Shown here: positions 38,275 through 48,407 of the stretch, piece by piece
How the letters are laid out: every line of letters starts with the position of its first letter
Numbering within the stretch: position 1 is the stretch's first letter
Source of the DNA: Bacteroidota bacterium
GTDB taxonomy: Bacteria; Bacteroidota; Bacteroidia; 2-12-FULL-35-15
Reading direction: 5' to 3'
NCBI GenBank assembly: GCA_052389695.1
Contig: JBQTHQ010000057.1
Location: 11,774-75,773, forward strand
Length of the DNA stretch: 64,000 nt
The notes under the pieces: model-generated
Told to the model about the DNA's origin: nothing
Databases searched by the model: none
What the model saw: the letters and a program-made list of their open reading frames with translations, nothing else
Position numbers and translations under genes: made by a program

Positions 38275-39497
38275 AAAAAGTTTTTCTACTTCTTATCGCA
38301 GTTATTTCAATAACTGAATGTTTTGCACAAAAGGATACTTCCTTTATAAACCGGATCCCGCAAGATACAAGCAAATTAAAAATGAATATGGATGCGGTTT
38401 ACAACCGTCCGTTTTTACAAATGGGAAAAGTACCTATTTCGATTGGTGGTTATGTGGAAGCCAATAGCAGCTATTTTGGTACGGATGGCGTGAGCGAAGG
38501 GCTTTCTTTCCAGCTTCCACGCTTAACTGTATTTATGTCTTCCACAATAAAAAAGCGCATTAAATTTCTTTCAGAGATTGAATTTGAAGAAGGTGGCAGA
38601 GAAGTTAACATAGAGTTTGCTTCTATGGATATTGAACTGCATCCCTTATTTAATTTACGGGGTGGTGTGATAATGAACCCAATCGGTGCATTCAACCAAA
38701 ACCATGATGGTCCGAAATGGGAATTTATCAGCAGGCCCATATCGGCAACAACCATTATTCCTTCCACCTGGAGCAATGTAGGCTTTGGTATTTTCGGAAA
38801 GTATGGACGTAATAATTTAGTATGGGCTTACGAAGCCTATTTTACCAATGGCTTTGATGATAAAATTATTGCCAATTCAGAAAACAGGACATGGCTCCCT
38901 GCGAGTAAAGAGAACCATGAACGTTTTGAAGAAAGTTTTAACGGTGTTCCACTCATAACCGCAAAAACAGCCATTCGACACAGGAACATCGGTGAAATTG
39001 GCATCTCCTGGATGGGCGGTGTTTACAATAAATTTCAGGAAGATGGTTTAGCGTTGGATGTAAAAAGGCGAGTAGATTTATTTGCTATTGATTTTAATAC
39101 AACTCTACCTGGAAGCAGAACCTATATTAATGGTGAATGGGTATGGGCTACTATTGACGTACCAGCTACCTATTCACAGCAGTTCGGCAATAAACAGGAA
39201 GGTGGATTTTTAGATATCGTCCAGCCTATTATAAGGCGTAAAATGTTCGGATGGGAAAACAGTACCATTAATATTGCTTTCAGAACAGAGTATGCAGATT
39301 ATAATGTCGGCACTTTTAATGAGACAGGAGGAAATATGTATGACCACATCATTGCGATTGTACCAGGTATCAGCTTCCGGCCATCACCTCAAACCGTTAT
39401 CAGGGGGAATTACCGATACCATTGGCAAAGGGATCTGTTAGGAAATCCACCTGCATTAACCGCAGGTTTCCAGTTTGGATTTTCCACTTACTTCTAA
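38271..39497 (+). CDS. outer-membrane beta-barrel protein
   Basis: Signal peptide MKKVFLLLIAVISITECFA, alternating amphipathic beta pattern, C-terminal FSTYF. Confidence 0.5.
   Translation: MKKVFLLLIAVISITECFAQKDTSFINRIPQDTSKLKMNMDAVYNRPFLQMGKVPISIGGYVEANSSYFGTDGVSEGLSFQLPRLTVFMSSTIKKRIKFLSEIEFEEGGREVNIEFASMDIELHPLFNLRGGVIMNPIGAFNQNHDGPKWEFISRPISATTIIPSTWSNVGFGIFGKYGRNNLVWAYEAYFTNGFDDKIIANSENRTWLPASKENHERFEESFNGVPLITAKTAIRHRNIGEIGISWMGGVYNKFQEDGLALDVKRRVDLFAIDFNTTLPGSRTYINGEWVWATIDVPATYSQQFGNKQEGGFLDIVQPIIRRKMFGWENSTINIAFRTEYADYNVGTFNETGGNMYDHIIAIVPGISFRPSPQTVIRGNYRYHWQRDLLGNPPALTAGFQFGFSTYF
39454..39497 (+). repeat. 44-bp direct repeat, left copy (3' end of the outer-membrane-protein gene)
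   Basis: cattaaccgcaggtttccagtttggattttccacttacttctaa recurs at 50831-50874 with one mismatch. Confidence 0.85.
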
Positions 39498-39608
39498 CGA
39501 ATATTCCAATTTCACTTTATAATCAGGTGGCTTTTTAAAAATATATTTAAGTATTTGCTTAAATAATAAAATAATTATATCTTTGCCCATGAAAATAATA
39601 TCAATTCT

Positions 39609-39989
39609 ATGAGTGATAAAAATGTATGTATTCGTGTCTATGCTGATGTCACGCAAATAAAGCAATGCAGAGACAGAGTAAAAGCAAATGAAAAATCATT
39701 AGAACAGCTTTCCAATGTGCTTTCGTTAGCAGGGAATGATGTTCGTTTGAAGATCCTGTATTTATTGGAGGGTGAAAATGAATTGTGTCCCTGTGATATG
39801 AGCGATATTTTAGGAATGAGTATTCCGGCAGTATCACAACATCTCAGAAAATTAAAAGACGGAAACATTATTGAAGCAAGGCGTACCGGCCAAACCATAT
39901 ACTATTCGCTTAAAGATGAACATTTGAAAATCCTTAAACCGTTTTTCAGATACATCAATGCACAAAATCTTACTTCAGAAAAAGCATGA
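39609..39989 (+). CDS. ArsR/SmtB family metalloregulator
   Basis: LAGNDVRLKILYLLEGENELCPCDMSDILGMSIPAVSQHLRKLKDGNII matches the HTH_5 and metal-site pattern. Confidence 0.75.
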   Translation: MSDKNVCIRVYADVTQIKQCRDRVKANEKSLEQLSNVLSLAGNDVRLKILYLLEGENELCPCDMSDILGMSIPAVSQHLRKLKDGNIIEARRTGQTIYYSLKDEHLKILKPFFRYINAQNLTSEKA

Positions 39990-40585
39990 AACAGGGAAAG
40001 CTAATAGGAGCCGGACTTTTATCAGCTTTTGCGGCATCGCTTTGCTGCATTACCCCCATTCTTGCCTTAATTGCGGGAACAAGCGGAGCAGCTTCTAATT
40101 TTTCGTGGATTGAACCTGCACGGCCTTATCTTATTGGATTTACAATCTTAGTCTTAGGTTTCGCCTGGTATCAGAAGTTGAAGCCTGCAATTAAAGCTGA
40201 CAATTGCGGATGCGAAGTCAAAAAAACATCTTTTCTGCAATCAAAGCTATTCTTAAGCATTGCTACTGTTTTTGCAGCAATAATGCTTTCATTCCCTTAC
40301 GTTTCTCCGGTTTTTTATTCAGAGGAAAAAAAGCAGATTATAATAATAGATAAAACCAATCTTCAAACAGCAGAATTTGAAATTTCAGGAATGACTTGCG
40401 AACGCTGTGAAGATCATGTAAAACATAAAGTAAACAAACTTACAGGGATTGTTAATACGACTGTTTCTTACAAAAACGAAAATGCAGTTGTACAATTCGA
40501 TAGCACACAAACAACAAGAGAAAAAATCACAGAAGCAATTAATTCAACCGGATACGAAACAACAGCGATATTCATCAAAAAATAA
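39986..40585 (+). CDS. MerT-like mercuric/heavy-metal transport protein fused to C-terminal HMA domain
   Basis: TM1 with CC pair (ASLCCITPILALIAG) typical of MerT. C-terminal GMTCERCEDHV heavy-metal-associated motif. Confidence 0.65.
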   Translation: MKQGKLIGAGLLSAFAASLCCITPILALIAGTSGAASNFSWIEPARPYLIGFTILVLGFAWYQKLKPAIKADNCGCEVKKTSFLQSKLFLSIATVFAAIMLSFPYVSPVFYSEEKKQIIIIDKTNLQTAEFEISGMTCERCEDHVKHKVNKLTGIVNTTVSYKNENAVVQFDSTQTTREKITEAINSTGYETTAIFIKK

Positions 40586-40591
40586 AATCAC

Positions 40592-41329
40592 ATGAAAAAA
40601 CTAATTCTATTATCATGTTCACTACTTGCAGTATTAGCGTTTACATTTAATTCATGTAGTAATAAGCAACAGGCAGGAGCCATTTCATTTTATGAAGTGC
40701 CTTTAGTATGTGGTGCAGCTCCCGAAATTGGCTGTGGAAGCCGTATTAAACCTCTCTTTATAGATACTGAAAAGGAAAAACAAATCAAAGAATCATGGTC
40801 CAACAGAGAAGGAACTGTAATTGCGATTGTATGGAACGAAACAGATAAAAACGCCCGTGAAAATTTAATTCAACCACTTTTTAAAAAACATACCATAGAT
40901 GCAAAATTGATTGCGGATAGCGATAAGATAACCGGGCTTACCGCAAGCCTAACAGGAAAAGACCAATGGTATAAGGGCATGGATGTTGACAAATTAAGCC
41001 TGGAAGAAGCGGGCGTAATTGCAGAAACCATGACCGAATTTGCAAAGAAAGACGGATTGATTAATGTGGAAGAAGCGGCTGCAATTAAAAAAGACATGGA
41101 AGATTATTTTAAAAAGGAATTGGTGCTTGTAAGAACGTGTGATGAATTAAAAAGCGAGGAAACACAGGAGAAATGGAGAAAAGATGGGTACAATATTTAC
41201 GCAAAGCACATTGGAAAGGAAAGAGCAGATTCAGTAAGTGTAAGGTTTATGAAAATACAGGAAGATGCCTGTAAAAAAGAATCTGCCTGCACTAAAGAAG
41301 GTAAAAAGGACTGCTGTAAAAAGAAGTAA
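40592..41329 (+). CDS. lipoprotein with Cys-rich C-terminus
   Basis: Lipobox LAFTFNSCSN; C-terminal CKKESACTKEGKKDCCKKK. Confidence 0.4.
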   Translation: MKKLILLSCSLLAVLAFTFNSCSNKQQAGAISFYEVPLVCGAAPEIGCGSRIKPLFIDTEKEKQIKESWSNREGTVIAIVWNETDKNARENLIQPLFKKHTIDAKLIADSDKITGLTASLTGKDQWYKGMDVDKLSLEEAGVIAETMTEFAKKDGLINVEEAAAIKKDMEDYFKKELVLVRTCDELKSEETQEKWRKDGYNIYAKHIGKERADSVSVRFMKIQEDACKKESACTKEGKKDCCKKK

Positions 41330-41331
41330 TT

Positions 41332-41550
41332 ATGTCGAAAGAAGTTATATTAAAATCCGTTATTACCTGTCCTCATTGCGGGCATCAAAAGGAAGAAACC
41401 ATGCCTACTGATGCTTGCCAGTACTTCTATGAATGTGAAACCTGCAATGCAGTGCTGAAACCCAAGCAGGGAGATTGTTGTGTGTTTTGCAGTTACGGAT
41501 CAATAAAATGTCCGCCTATCCAGGAAAGCGGGAAATCATGCTGCCATTGA
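41332..41550 (+). CDS. small Cys-rich zinc-ribbon-like metal-binding protein
   Basis: 72 aa with CPHCG, CETC, GDCCVFC, KCPP, SCCH clusters. Confidence 0.4.
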   Translation: MSKEVILKSVITCPHCGHQKEETMPTDACQYFYECETCNAVLKPKQGDCCVFCSYGSIKCPPIQESGKSCCH

Positions 41551-41581
41551 TACAATAAGGTTAAAAAATGTAGTTATGTGA

Positions 41582-41938
41582 TTGACAACAAGTTGTTTTA
41601 ATGCTTATATTTGTCCCGTGAGATATTTCAGCTTCATATTATCTATATACTTCTTATGGCTTTCAACAGTAAGTTGTGCTGATGAAACGTATGAGCATGA
41701 TAACTGCCAGTCAGTTGCTTGTGCCCACATAGCTGCCGGAAATGATAATGGAGATGATTGTGCAGACGATGCTTGTTCTCCTTTCTGTACTTGCAGTTGT
41801 TGTCATGGCTTCACGTTAATTTCAAATTTCAGTAATAAAATAATTGTATCAATAGAATCCCCTTCTCTTAATACATATTCCGAAAATCATCTGCAAGAGA
41901 TTTCCCGATCCATCTGGCAACCGCCTAAAATTTCCTAA
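41582..41938 (+). CDS. Cys-rich hypothetical protein
   Basis: 118 aa; DACSPFCTCSCCHGF cluster; weak ORF. Confidence 0.25.
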   Translation: MTTSCFNAYICPVRYFSFILSIYFLWLSTVSCADETYEHDNCQSVACAHIAAGNDNGDDCADDACSPFCTCSCCHGFTLISNFSNKIIVSIESPSLNTYSENHLQEISRSIWQPPKIS

Positions 41939-42215
41939 CCGTTTTTTTGATGAATTAATTGCTAAGGATTAAACTGTCCTGGCTTAAGCTATTGCTGCTT
42001 ATTCATCACATTAATAGTATTCAACTGTTAGGTTTCCTGTATTTAACTTGGTTAAAAAAAAGAAAAAAGTAACCCTTATGGGTATTATGAAAACAGGGTT
42101 TATTATCCTGTTTGTAATGCTTATCCTGTATAGGAATAATTGACCGGGTGATACATTATATTCATCACTTAAATAAATAATCTTGACTGCGAACAGTCAA
42201 ACAAAAAAATAAACT

Positions 42216-42440
42216 ATGAAAAAATTAATTTTCTCAGCAGCTATATTGGCACTTATCACAGTTTCATCCTGCAACAATGAAGTAGATACAAAAATGTGTG
42301 AGGAACACGCAAAGAATTGTCCTAAATCTGAAAATTGCCCTGAACACCCCGAATGCGAAGCGCATGAACAGTGTGCAAAGGATAAGGAGTGCAAAGATCA
42401 TCCTGCCTGCGCTGCATTTGATAAGAAAAAAGGATCCTGA
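42216..42440 (+). CDS. Cys/His-rich periplasmic lipoprotein (metal-binding candidate)
   Basis: Lipobox ITVSSCNNE; repeated CPEHPECEAHEQCAKDKECKDHPAC motif. Confidence 0.5.
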   Translation: MKKLIFSAAILALITVSSCNNEVDTKMCEEHAKNCPKSENCPEHPECEAHEQCAKDKECKDHPACAAFDKKKGS

Positions 42441-42516
42441 TAATCAAAATAAAACGGAGAGTGCAGTTTCAGTAATCTGAAGCTGTACCCATTCTGTAAC
42501 CTTAATATTTAAAAAT

Positions 42517-45500
42517 ATGATTGATAAACTTATTGGGTTTTCCATAAGAAATAAATTCATCATCGGGCTTTTTACAGTTGCCCTGATTGTATGGGGAGTT
42601 TATTCTTTAAGGAAATTACCTATTGATGCCCTGCCTGATATTACAAACAATCAGGTGCAGGTGATAACAGTAGCTCCTACGGTTGCTGCCCAAGAGGTAG
42701 AGCGTTTTATAACTGCTCCTATTGAAATTACAATGGCCAACCTGCCGGATATAACGGAAATACGTTCTATATCAAGGTTTGGATTGTCTGTAATAACCAT
42801 TGTCTTTGAGGATAAAGTGGATGTTTACCACGCAAGGCAATTGGTAAATGAACGCTTAAAACTTGCCGAAGATCAAATTCCAAATGGTTTAGGAAAACCT
42901 GAACTTGCACCGGTAACCACAGGTTTGGGAGAAATATATCACTACACGCTCCATGCAGCCAAAGGGTATGAAAAAAAGTATTCTGCAATGGAACTGCGAA
43001 CCATCCAGGATTGGATTGTAAGGCGACAGTTAGCAGGAACTCCCGGAATTGCTGAAATAAGTGCCTGGGGAGGACAAGTAAAACAGTATGAGGTAGCTAT
43101 TGATCCGGCCAGGCTCAACAGCATGAATGTTACCATTCCTGAAGTGTTTGAAGCGCTTGAACAAAGCAATGAAAATACAGGTGGCGCTTATATAGAGAAA
43201 GGCTCTAATGCTTATTTTATAAGGGGCATAGGGCAAGTTACCAGTCTGGAAGACATTCAAAACATTGTAGTAAAAAGAGTAAATGGAATACCGGTTCTTA
43301 TCAGCAATGTGGGAGAAGTGCAGTTTGGAAGTGCGCCCCGCTATGGAGCCATAACCCGGAATGGCGAAGGTGAAGTAGTTGCAGGAATTACATTAATGCT
43401 GAAAGGAGAAAATTCTTCGGAAGTAATTCAAAATGTGAAAGAGCGTATAGAAAACGTGCAAAAGTCCTTACCTGAAGGTGTAGTGATTGAACCTTTCATT
43501 GACAGGTCGGAATTAGTAGATCGGGCTATTCATACCGTTTCAAAAAACCTGATTGAAGGAGGACTAATTGTAATTTTTATCCTGGTATTGCTCTTAGGTA
43601 ATTTACGGGCAGGGCTGGTAGTAGCTTCTGTTATTCCTTTAGCAATGCTTTTTGCCATTGCCATGATGAATGTTTTTGGAGTATCAGGAAACTTAATGAG
43701 TTTGGGAGCTATTGACTTTGGACTTATTGTGGACGGTGCAGTCATTATTGTAGAAAGTATCGTTCATCGAATAACCAGCAGTCGTTTAACTAATGGACAG
43801 ACTAACTTACTCTCCCGGCAGCAAATGGATGAACAGGTATATGAAGCATCCGTTAAGATTCGTCAGTCAGCAGCCTTTGGTGAAATAATTATTCTAATTG
43901 TGTACTTGCCAATTTTGACATTAGTTGGCATAGAAGGAAAGATGTTTAAACCAATGGCACAAACAGTTGGCTTTGCTATTCTTGGAGCGTTGATTCTTTC
44001 ACTTACTTATGTACCCATGATGTCCGCACTTTTCCTTAGCAGAAAAACTGAACATAAAAGAAACATTTCCGATAAAATAATGGATTTCTTTCATCGCTGG
44101 TATGAACCATTGATACTTGGCGCACTGAAATATAAAAAGACCGTGATTATTTCATCCGTAGCATTGTTTTTAATCAGTTTACTTGTATTCTCACGTATGG
44201 GTGGTGAGTTTATTCCAACGCTGGAGGAAGGAGATTTAACCGTTGAATTTGCAATGATGCAAGGGACCTCTTTAACACAAATGGTTGAAGCCACTTCAAA
44301 GGCTGAGAAAATTTTAAAAGAGAAATTCCCGGAGGTAAAACAGGTAGTATCGAGAATAGGAGCAGCAGAAATTCCCACTGATCCCATGCCTATTGAACGG
44401 GCTGATATAATGATTTCCATGAAAGAAAAAGATGAATGGACAAGTGCTGAGAGTAAAGAAGAAATGATGGAAAAAATGGAAGCAGAATTATCCGTTTTAA
44501 CAGGCGTAAATCTCGAAATGACACAACCCATTCAAATGCGGTTTAACGAATTAATGACAGGGATCCGACAGGATGTGGCTGTGAAACTTTATGGTGAGGA
44601 TATGGATATTCTCGCAAGAGAAGCGGATGAAATTGCCAAAATAATTTCAACCGTTGAAGGTGTTACAGAACCAACTCTTGAAAAAGTGAAGGGCTTACCA
44701 CAGATTACGGTTAAGTATGACAGGAGAAAGATGGCTCAATATGGACTTAAAATTTCGGAAGTAAACCGTGTGCTGAAAACAGCCTTTGCCGGAGAAGTGG
44801 CAGGGGTTGTTTTTGAAGGCGAAAAAAAGTTTGATATGGTAGTGAGATTGAAAAAAGAACTTCGGAAAGATATATCCGATGTAAGCAATTTATATATACC
44901 GCTTGAAGCAGGGACACGCATTCCATTGAACCAGGTAGCTGATGTTCAATTTCAGGAAGGTCCGGCACAGGTTTCAAGAGATGATACCAAACGTAGAATT
45001 TTTGTAGGCTTTAATGTTCGTGGCAGGGATGTTCAATCCACAGTGGAAGAAATACAGGGAAAGCTGGAGAGCCAATTAAAACTTCCTCCCGGTTATTACA
45101 TTACTTACGGAGGTCAGTTTGAAAACCTGATTGAAGCGAAGGAAAGGCTCTCTCTGGCCGTTCCGGTAGCCTTAGCCCTTATCATGCTTTTATTATTCTT
45201 CACTTTCGGTTCTATGAAACAAGCCGTACTCATTTTTACTGCAATTCCACTTTCTGCCATCGGAGGCGTATTCGCTTTATGGGCAAGAGGAATGCCTTTT
45301 AGTATCTCTGCCGGAATAGGCTTTATTGCACTCTTTGGGGTAGCTGTACTGAACGGAATTGTACTCATAGGATATTTTAATCAACTAAAAAAAGAAGGTA
45401 TGACCGACATTCTTTCACGTGTGCTTGAAGGTACAAAGGTTAGGTTAAGACCAGTGATAATGACAGCAGCCGTTGCCTCATTAGGCTTTTTGCCGATGGC

Positions 45501-46923
45501 TCTTTCAAACTCTGCCGGAGCAGAGGTTCAAAAACCTTTGGCTACGGTGGTGATCGGTGGACTTATTTCTGCAACGCTACTCACCTTATTAGTCTTACCT
45601 GTTCTCTATATGTTGTTTTCAGGTAAAGAAGAAAAAAAGGATGGGAATGCAACTACCGCTTCTGCCCCTTTAATGATTCTTTTACTTATAGGAGGTAGTT
45701 TTCTGATCCCATCAAAAGCTCTTGGTCAAACAAACACTCCCAATGCCCGGAAGATAACGCTTGATGAGGCCATCAGCGAAGCTGTGAAAAATCATCCAAG
45801 TATGAAAGCCGCTGGTTATGAAATTGAAGTTCAGCAAAAACTCAAAGGGACTTCATTTGATCTGAACAAAACAAATCTTGGTTTCGAGTATGGACAGATT
45901 AACAGCATAAATAACGATACGAAATTCACACTGTCGCAAGGGTTTGAATTTCCTACTGTTTACACCAATAAGTCGGCACTGGCAAATGCTAATATAAAAG
46001 CAAGTGAACAGCAATTAAATCTCACGAAGGCCGAATTAATAAAAAATGTTAAGAACGCCTATTATGAGTTTTCCTCTGCCAATGCTAAAAGAAAGTTATT
46101 GTTATTGCAGGATAGTTTGTTTAATGATTTTGCAAAGGCAGCGGAGTTGCGGTATAAAGTTGGAGAAAGCAATTACCTGGAAAAAACAACAGCAGAAATG
46201 CAGTTAATGGAAGTACGCAACCAGCTTGTTCAGGCAAAGGCTGATTGGCTAATTGCTCAGAAGCAACTGCAAATTTTGCTTAATACACAGGATGAAATTT
46301 CTATTGCAGAAGATGCTCCCGCTAAAAGGTCATTTACTCTTTTGCTCGATTCCTCCGCAATTGCTCAAAACCCTTATCTATCCTATTTAAAACAGCAGTT
46401 AGAGATTAGCCATTACGAAACTAAAATTGAGCGTTCAAAAATGCTTCCTGATTTTAGCATTGGATATTTTAATCAGTCCATCAATGGAATAGGATTTAAT
46501 GCCAATGGAACAGAGCAAAACTTTAGCTCTGGTAACCGCTTTACAGGCGTTCAGGCAGGTATTGCCATTCCTATTTGGTTCAAACCACACACTTCAAGAA
46601 TACAAGCTGCAAAGCTCAATGAAAAAATTGCTGAAAGCAATTTGCAGTCTCAGCAATTAATTATGCAGGGGCAGTTAAATACAATTGCTCAGGAGTTTCA
46701 AAAATACCAAAGCACCATAGATTACTATGAAAAGAGCGCACTTCCACAGGCCGAGCTGATTATACAGAATGCAAACAAAGCATATAAGGCCGGTGAAATT
46801 GGCTATTTTGAATATCTGCAAAGTTTAAATAGCGGAATAAAGATTAAGACCGATTACCTGAATTACCTGATGCTCTATAACCAATCCATCATTTCCATTG
46901 AACTAATTACAGGAGGAAAATAA
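42517..46923 (+). CDS. czcA: CzcA/CusA-family heavy-metal RND permease fused in frame to a TolC-like outer membrane factor
   Basis: First ~1045 aa match CusA/CzcA (start MIDKLIGFSIRNKFIIGLFTVALIVWGVYS, 12-TM organisation). Without an intervening stop, a signal-peptide-like segment (MILLLIGGSFLIPSKALGQ, ATG at 45673) follows, then a ~390-aa TolC/CzcC-like domain. Confidence 0.75.
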   Translation: MIDKLIGFSIRNKFIIGLFTVALIVWGVYSLRKLPIDALPDITNNQVQVITVAPTVAAQEVERFITAPIEITMANLPDITEIRSISRFGLSVITIVFEDKVDVYHARQLVNERLKLAEDQIPNGLGKPELAPVTTGLGEIYHYTLHAAKGYEKKYSAMELRTIQDWIVRRQLAGTPGIAEISAWGGQVKQYEVAIDPARLNSMNVTIPEVFEALEQSNENTGGAYIEKGSNAYFIRGIGQVTSLEDIQNIVVKRVNGIPVLISNVGEVQFGSAPRYGAITRNGEGEVVAGITLMLKGENSSEVIQNVKERIENVQKSLPEGVVIEPFIDRSELVDRAIHTVSKNLIEGGLIVIFILVLLLGNLRAGLVVASVIPLAMLFAIAMMNVFGVSGNLMSLGAIDFGLIVDGAVIIVESIVHRITSSRLTNGQTNLLSRQQMDEQVYEASVKIRQSAAFGEIIILIVYLPILTLVGIEGKMFKPMAQTVGFAILGALILSLTYVPMMSALFLSRKTEHKRNISDKIMDFFHRWYEPLILGALKYKKTVIISSVALFLISLLVFSRMGGEFIPTLEEGDLTVEFAMMQGTSLTQMVEATSKAEKILKEKFPEVKQVVSRIGAAEIPTDPMPIERADIMISMKEKDEWTSAESKEEMMEKMEAELSVLTGVNLEMTQPIQMRFNELMTGIRQDVAVKLYGEDMDILAREADEIAKIISTVEGVTEPTLEKVKGLPQITVKYDRRKMAQYGLKISEVNRVLKTAFAGEVAGVVFEGEKKFDMVVRLKKELRKDISDVSNLYIPLEAGTRIPLNQVADVQFQEGPAQVSRDDTKRRIFVGFNVRGRDVQSTVEEIQGKLESQLKLPPGYYITYGGQFENLIEAKERLSLAVPVALALIMLLLFFTFGSMKQAVLIFTAIPLSAIGGVFALWARGMPFSISAGIGFIALFGVAVLNGIVLIGYFNQLKKEGMTDILSRVLEGTKVRLRPVIMTAAVASLGFLPMALSNSAGAEVQKPLATVVIGGLISATLLTLLVLPVLYMLFSGKEEKKDGNATTASAPLMILLLIGGSFLIPSKALGQTNTPNARKITLDEAISEAVKNHPSMKAAGYEIEVQQKLKGTSFDLNKTNLGFEYGQINSINNDTKFTLSQGFEFPTVYTNKSALANANIKASEQQLNLTKAELIKNVKNAYYEFSSANAKRKLLLLQDSLFNDFAKAAELRYKVGESNYLEKTTAEMQLMEVRNQLVQAKADWLIAQKQLQILLNTQDEISIAEDAPAKRSFTLLLDSSAIAQNPYLSYLKQQLEISHYETKIERSKMLPDFSIGYFNQSINGIGFNANGTEQNFSSGNRFTGVQAGIAIPIWFKPHTSRIQAAKLNEKIAESNLQSQQLIMQGQLNTIAQEFQKYQSTIDYYEKSALPQAELIIQNANKAYKAGEIGYFEYLQSLNSGIKIKTDYLNYLMLYNQSIISIELITGGK

Positions 46924-46924
46924 T

Positions 46925-48319
46925 ATGCGAACCATAAATAAAATTATAAAAATGAAAACAAATATATTTTTCATAGCCTTACTCACGCTATCCATGTTAT
47001 TGAATAGCTGTGGTAACAAAGCGGAAGAAAAAACCGAAGCAGCCGGTGAAGCCCATGCAGAAGAAACCACAGAGGATGTGAAGTTTTTGGAACTTTCTGC
47101 CGAAAAGTTTAAAGCATCCGGTGTTGTATTGGGTTCTATCGAAGAAAAAAACATGAGTGATATCCTTAAGGTGAATGGTGTACTGGATGTACCTCCACAA
47201 AACTTGATCTCGATAAATGCGCCTTATGGCGGTTTTGTAAAGGAAACGGACTTGTTGGAAGGGACAAAGGTAAAGAAGGGACAAATGATTGCTGTTTTGT
47301 CTAATCCAGAATACATTCAAATGCAGCAGGATTACCTTGAAAACAAAGGAAAGTTAGACTTTTTGGAAAAAGAATACCAAAGACAGAAAGAACTGCAAGC
47401 AGAAAATGTTACATCCGCTAAAACTTTTCAGAAAGCTGAATCAGAATACAAAAGCACGTTTGCAATAGTCAAAGGTTTAGAGGCTAAACTTGCACTGCTT
47501 GGTATTAGTAAAAACAACGTACTCGAAGGTAATATTACCTCTAATATAGTGATTACTTCTCCCATTAACGGTTATGTTACTAAAGTAAATGCCAATATTG
47601 TAAAGTTTGTAAACCTACAGGATGTGATCTTTGAGATTGTGGATACAGAGCATTTGCACGTTGAATTAACTGTTTTTGAAAAAGATATTTCTAAGATAAA
47701 GGAAGGTCAAAAGATACGTTTTACGCTTGCTAATGATCCGGGTATAGAATTAACAGCAAGTGTTCACCTTATTGGAAGATCATTTGATGAAACACGTAGC
47801 GTCCGCATTCACGGCCATTTAGATACAGAAGATCCGCATCTATTACCAGGTATGTATGTGAATGCCGTAATAGAATTAGGAAATGAAAAGGTAAAAGCTG
47901 TTCCAAAAGATGCAGTGGTGTTATCAGACGGAAAAGAGTTCATATTTATTCGTAACAAAGACTGCCAGCAGCATCCTGAATGCAGCGCTCACGAGCGTTG
48001 TGAGCCGAACGAAAATTGCCCGGAGCATCCCGATTGTGAAGCACATGAAAAATGTGCCGGTAAATCTTGCAAAGAACATCCTCAATGTGCTGCACATGAT
48101 GGGGAAAGTAAGGCTGATACAGCAAGTGTGAAAAAGGTGGAAGACGAGTATTACACTTTTACTAAAGTAGAAGTAAAAACCGGTATTGCAGATGAGAGCT
48201 TTGTTGAGTTGAAATTAACTGAACCCATACCTTCCGGTGCGAAAGTGGTGACAAAGGGAGCTTTCTTTCTATTATCACAAACAAAAATGGGAGGTGCAAT
48301 GGATGCTTGTGGACACTAA
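46925..48319 (+). CDS. efflux RND periplasmic adaptor subunit (CzcB/CusB-like) with Cys/His-rich C-terminal extension
   Basis: Membrane-fusion-protein architecture (lipoyl and beta-barrel segments). C-terminal QQHPECSAHERCEPNENCPEHPDCEAHEKCAGKSCKEHPQCAAHD. Confidence 0.75.
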   Translation: MRTINKIIKMKTNIFFIALLTLSMLLNSCGNKAEEKTEAAGEAHAEETTEDVKFLELSAEKFKASGVVLGSIEEKNMSDILKVNGVLDVPPQNLISINAPYGGFVKETDLLEGTKVKKGQMIAVLSNPEYIQMQQDYLENKGKLDFLEKEYQRQKELQAENVTSAKTFQKAESEYKSTFAIVKGLEAKLALLGISKNNVLEGNITSNIVITSPINGYVTKVNANIVKFVNLQDVIFEIVDTEHLHVELTVFEKDISKIKEGQKIRFTLANDPGIELTASVHLIGRSFDETRSVRIHGHLDTEDPHLLPGMYVNAVIELGNEKVKAVPKDAVVLSDGKEFIFIRNKDCQQHPECSAHERCEPNENCPEHPDCEAHEKCAGKSCKEHPQCAAHDGESKADTASVKKVEDEYYTFTKVEVKTGIADESFVELKLTEPIPSGAKVVTKGAFFLLSQTKMGGAMDACGH

Positions 48320-48334
48320 AAAATATTAATACAT

Positions 48335-48400
48335 GGGCAGAGACCTGGTTTCTTTTGGTTTATAACAATAAACTTTTTTCATAGCCAGGTTCTCTTGCCC
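48335..48400 (+). terminator. long hairpin downstream of the efflux operon (terminator candidate)
   Basis: gggcagagacctgg ... ccaggttctcttgccc imperfect inverted repeat with a ~36-nt T-rich loop. Confidence 0.3.
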
Positions 48401-48407
48401 ACCATTA

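Noticed and set aside
39456-39665. Antisense ORFs 39456-39665 and 50843-51043 sharing identical C-terminal peptide SGKSKLETCG
   Set aside because: The shared peptide is just the reverse translation of the 44-bp direct repeat; the ORFs themselves are unlikely to be genes but are evidence for the repeat
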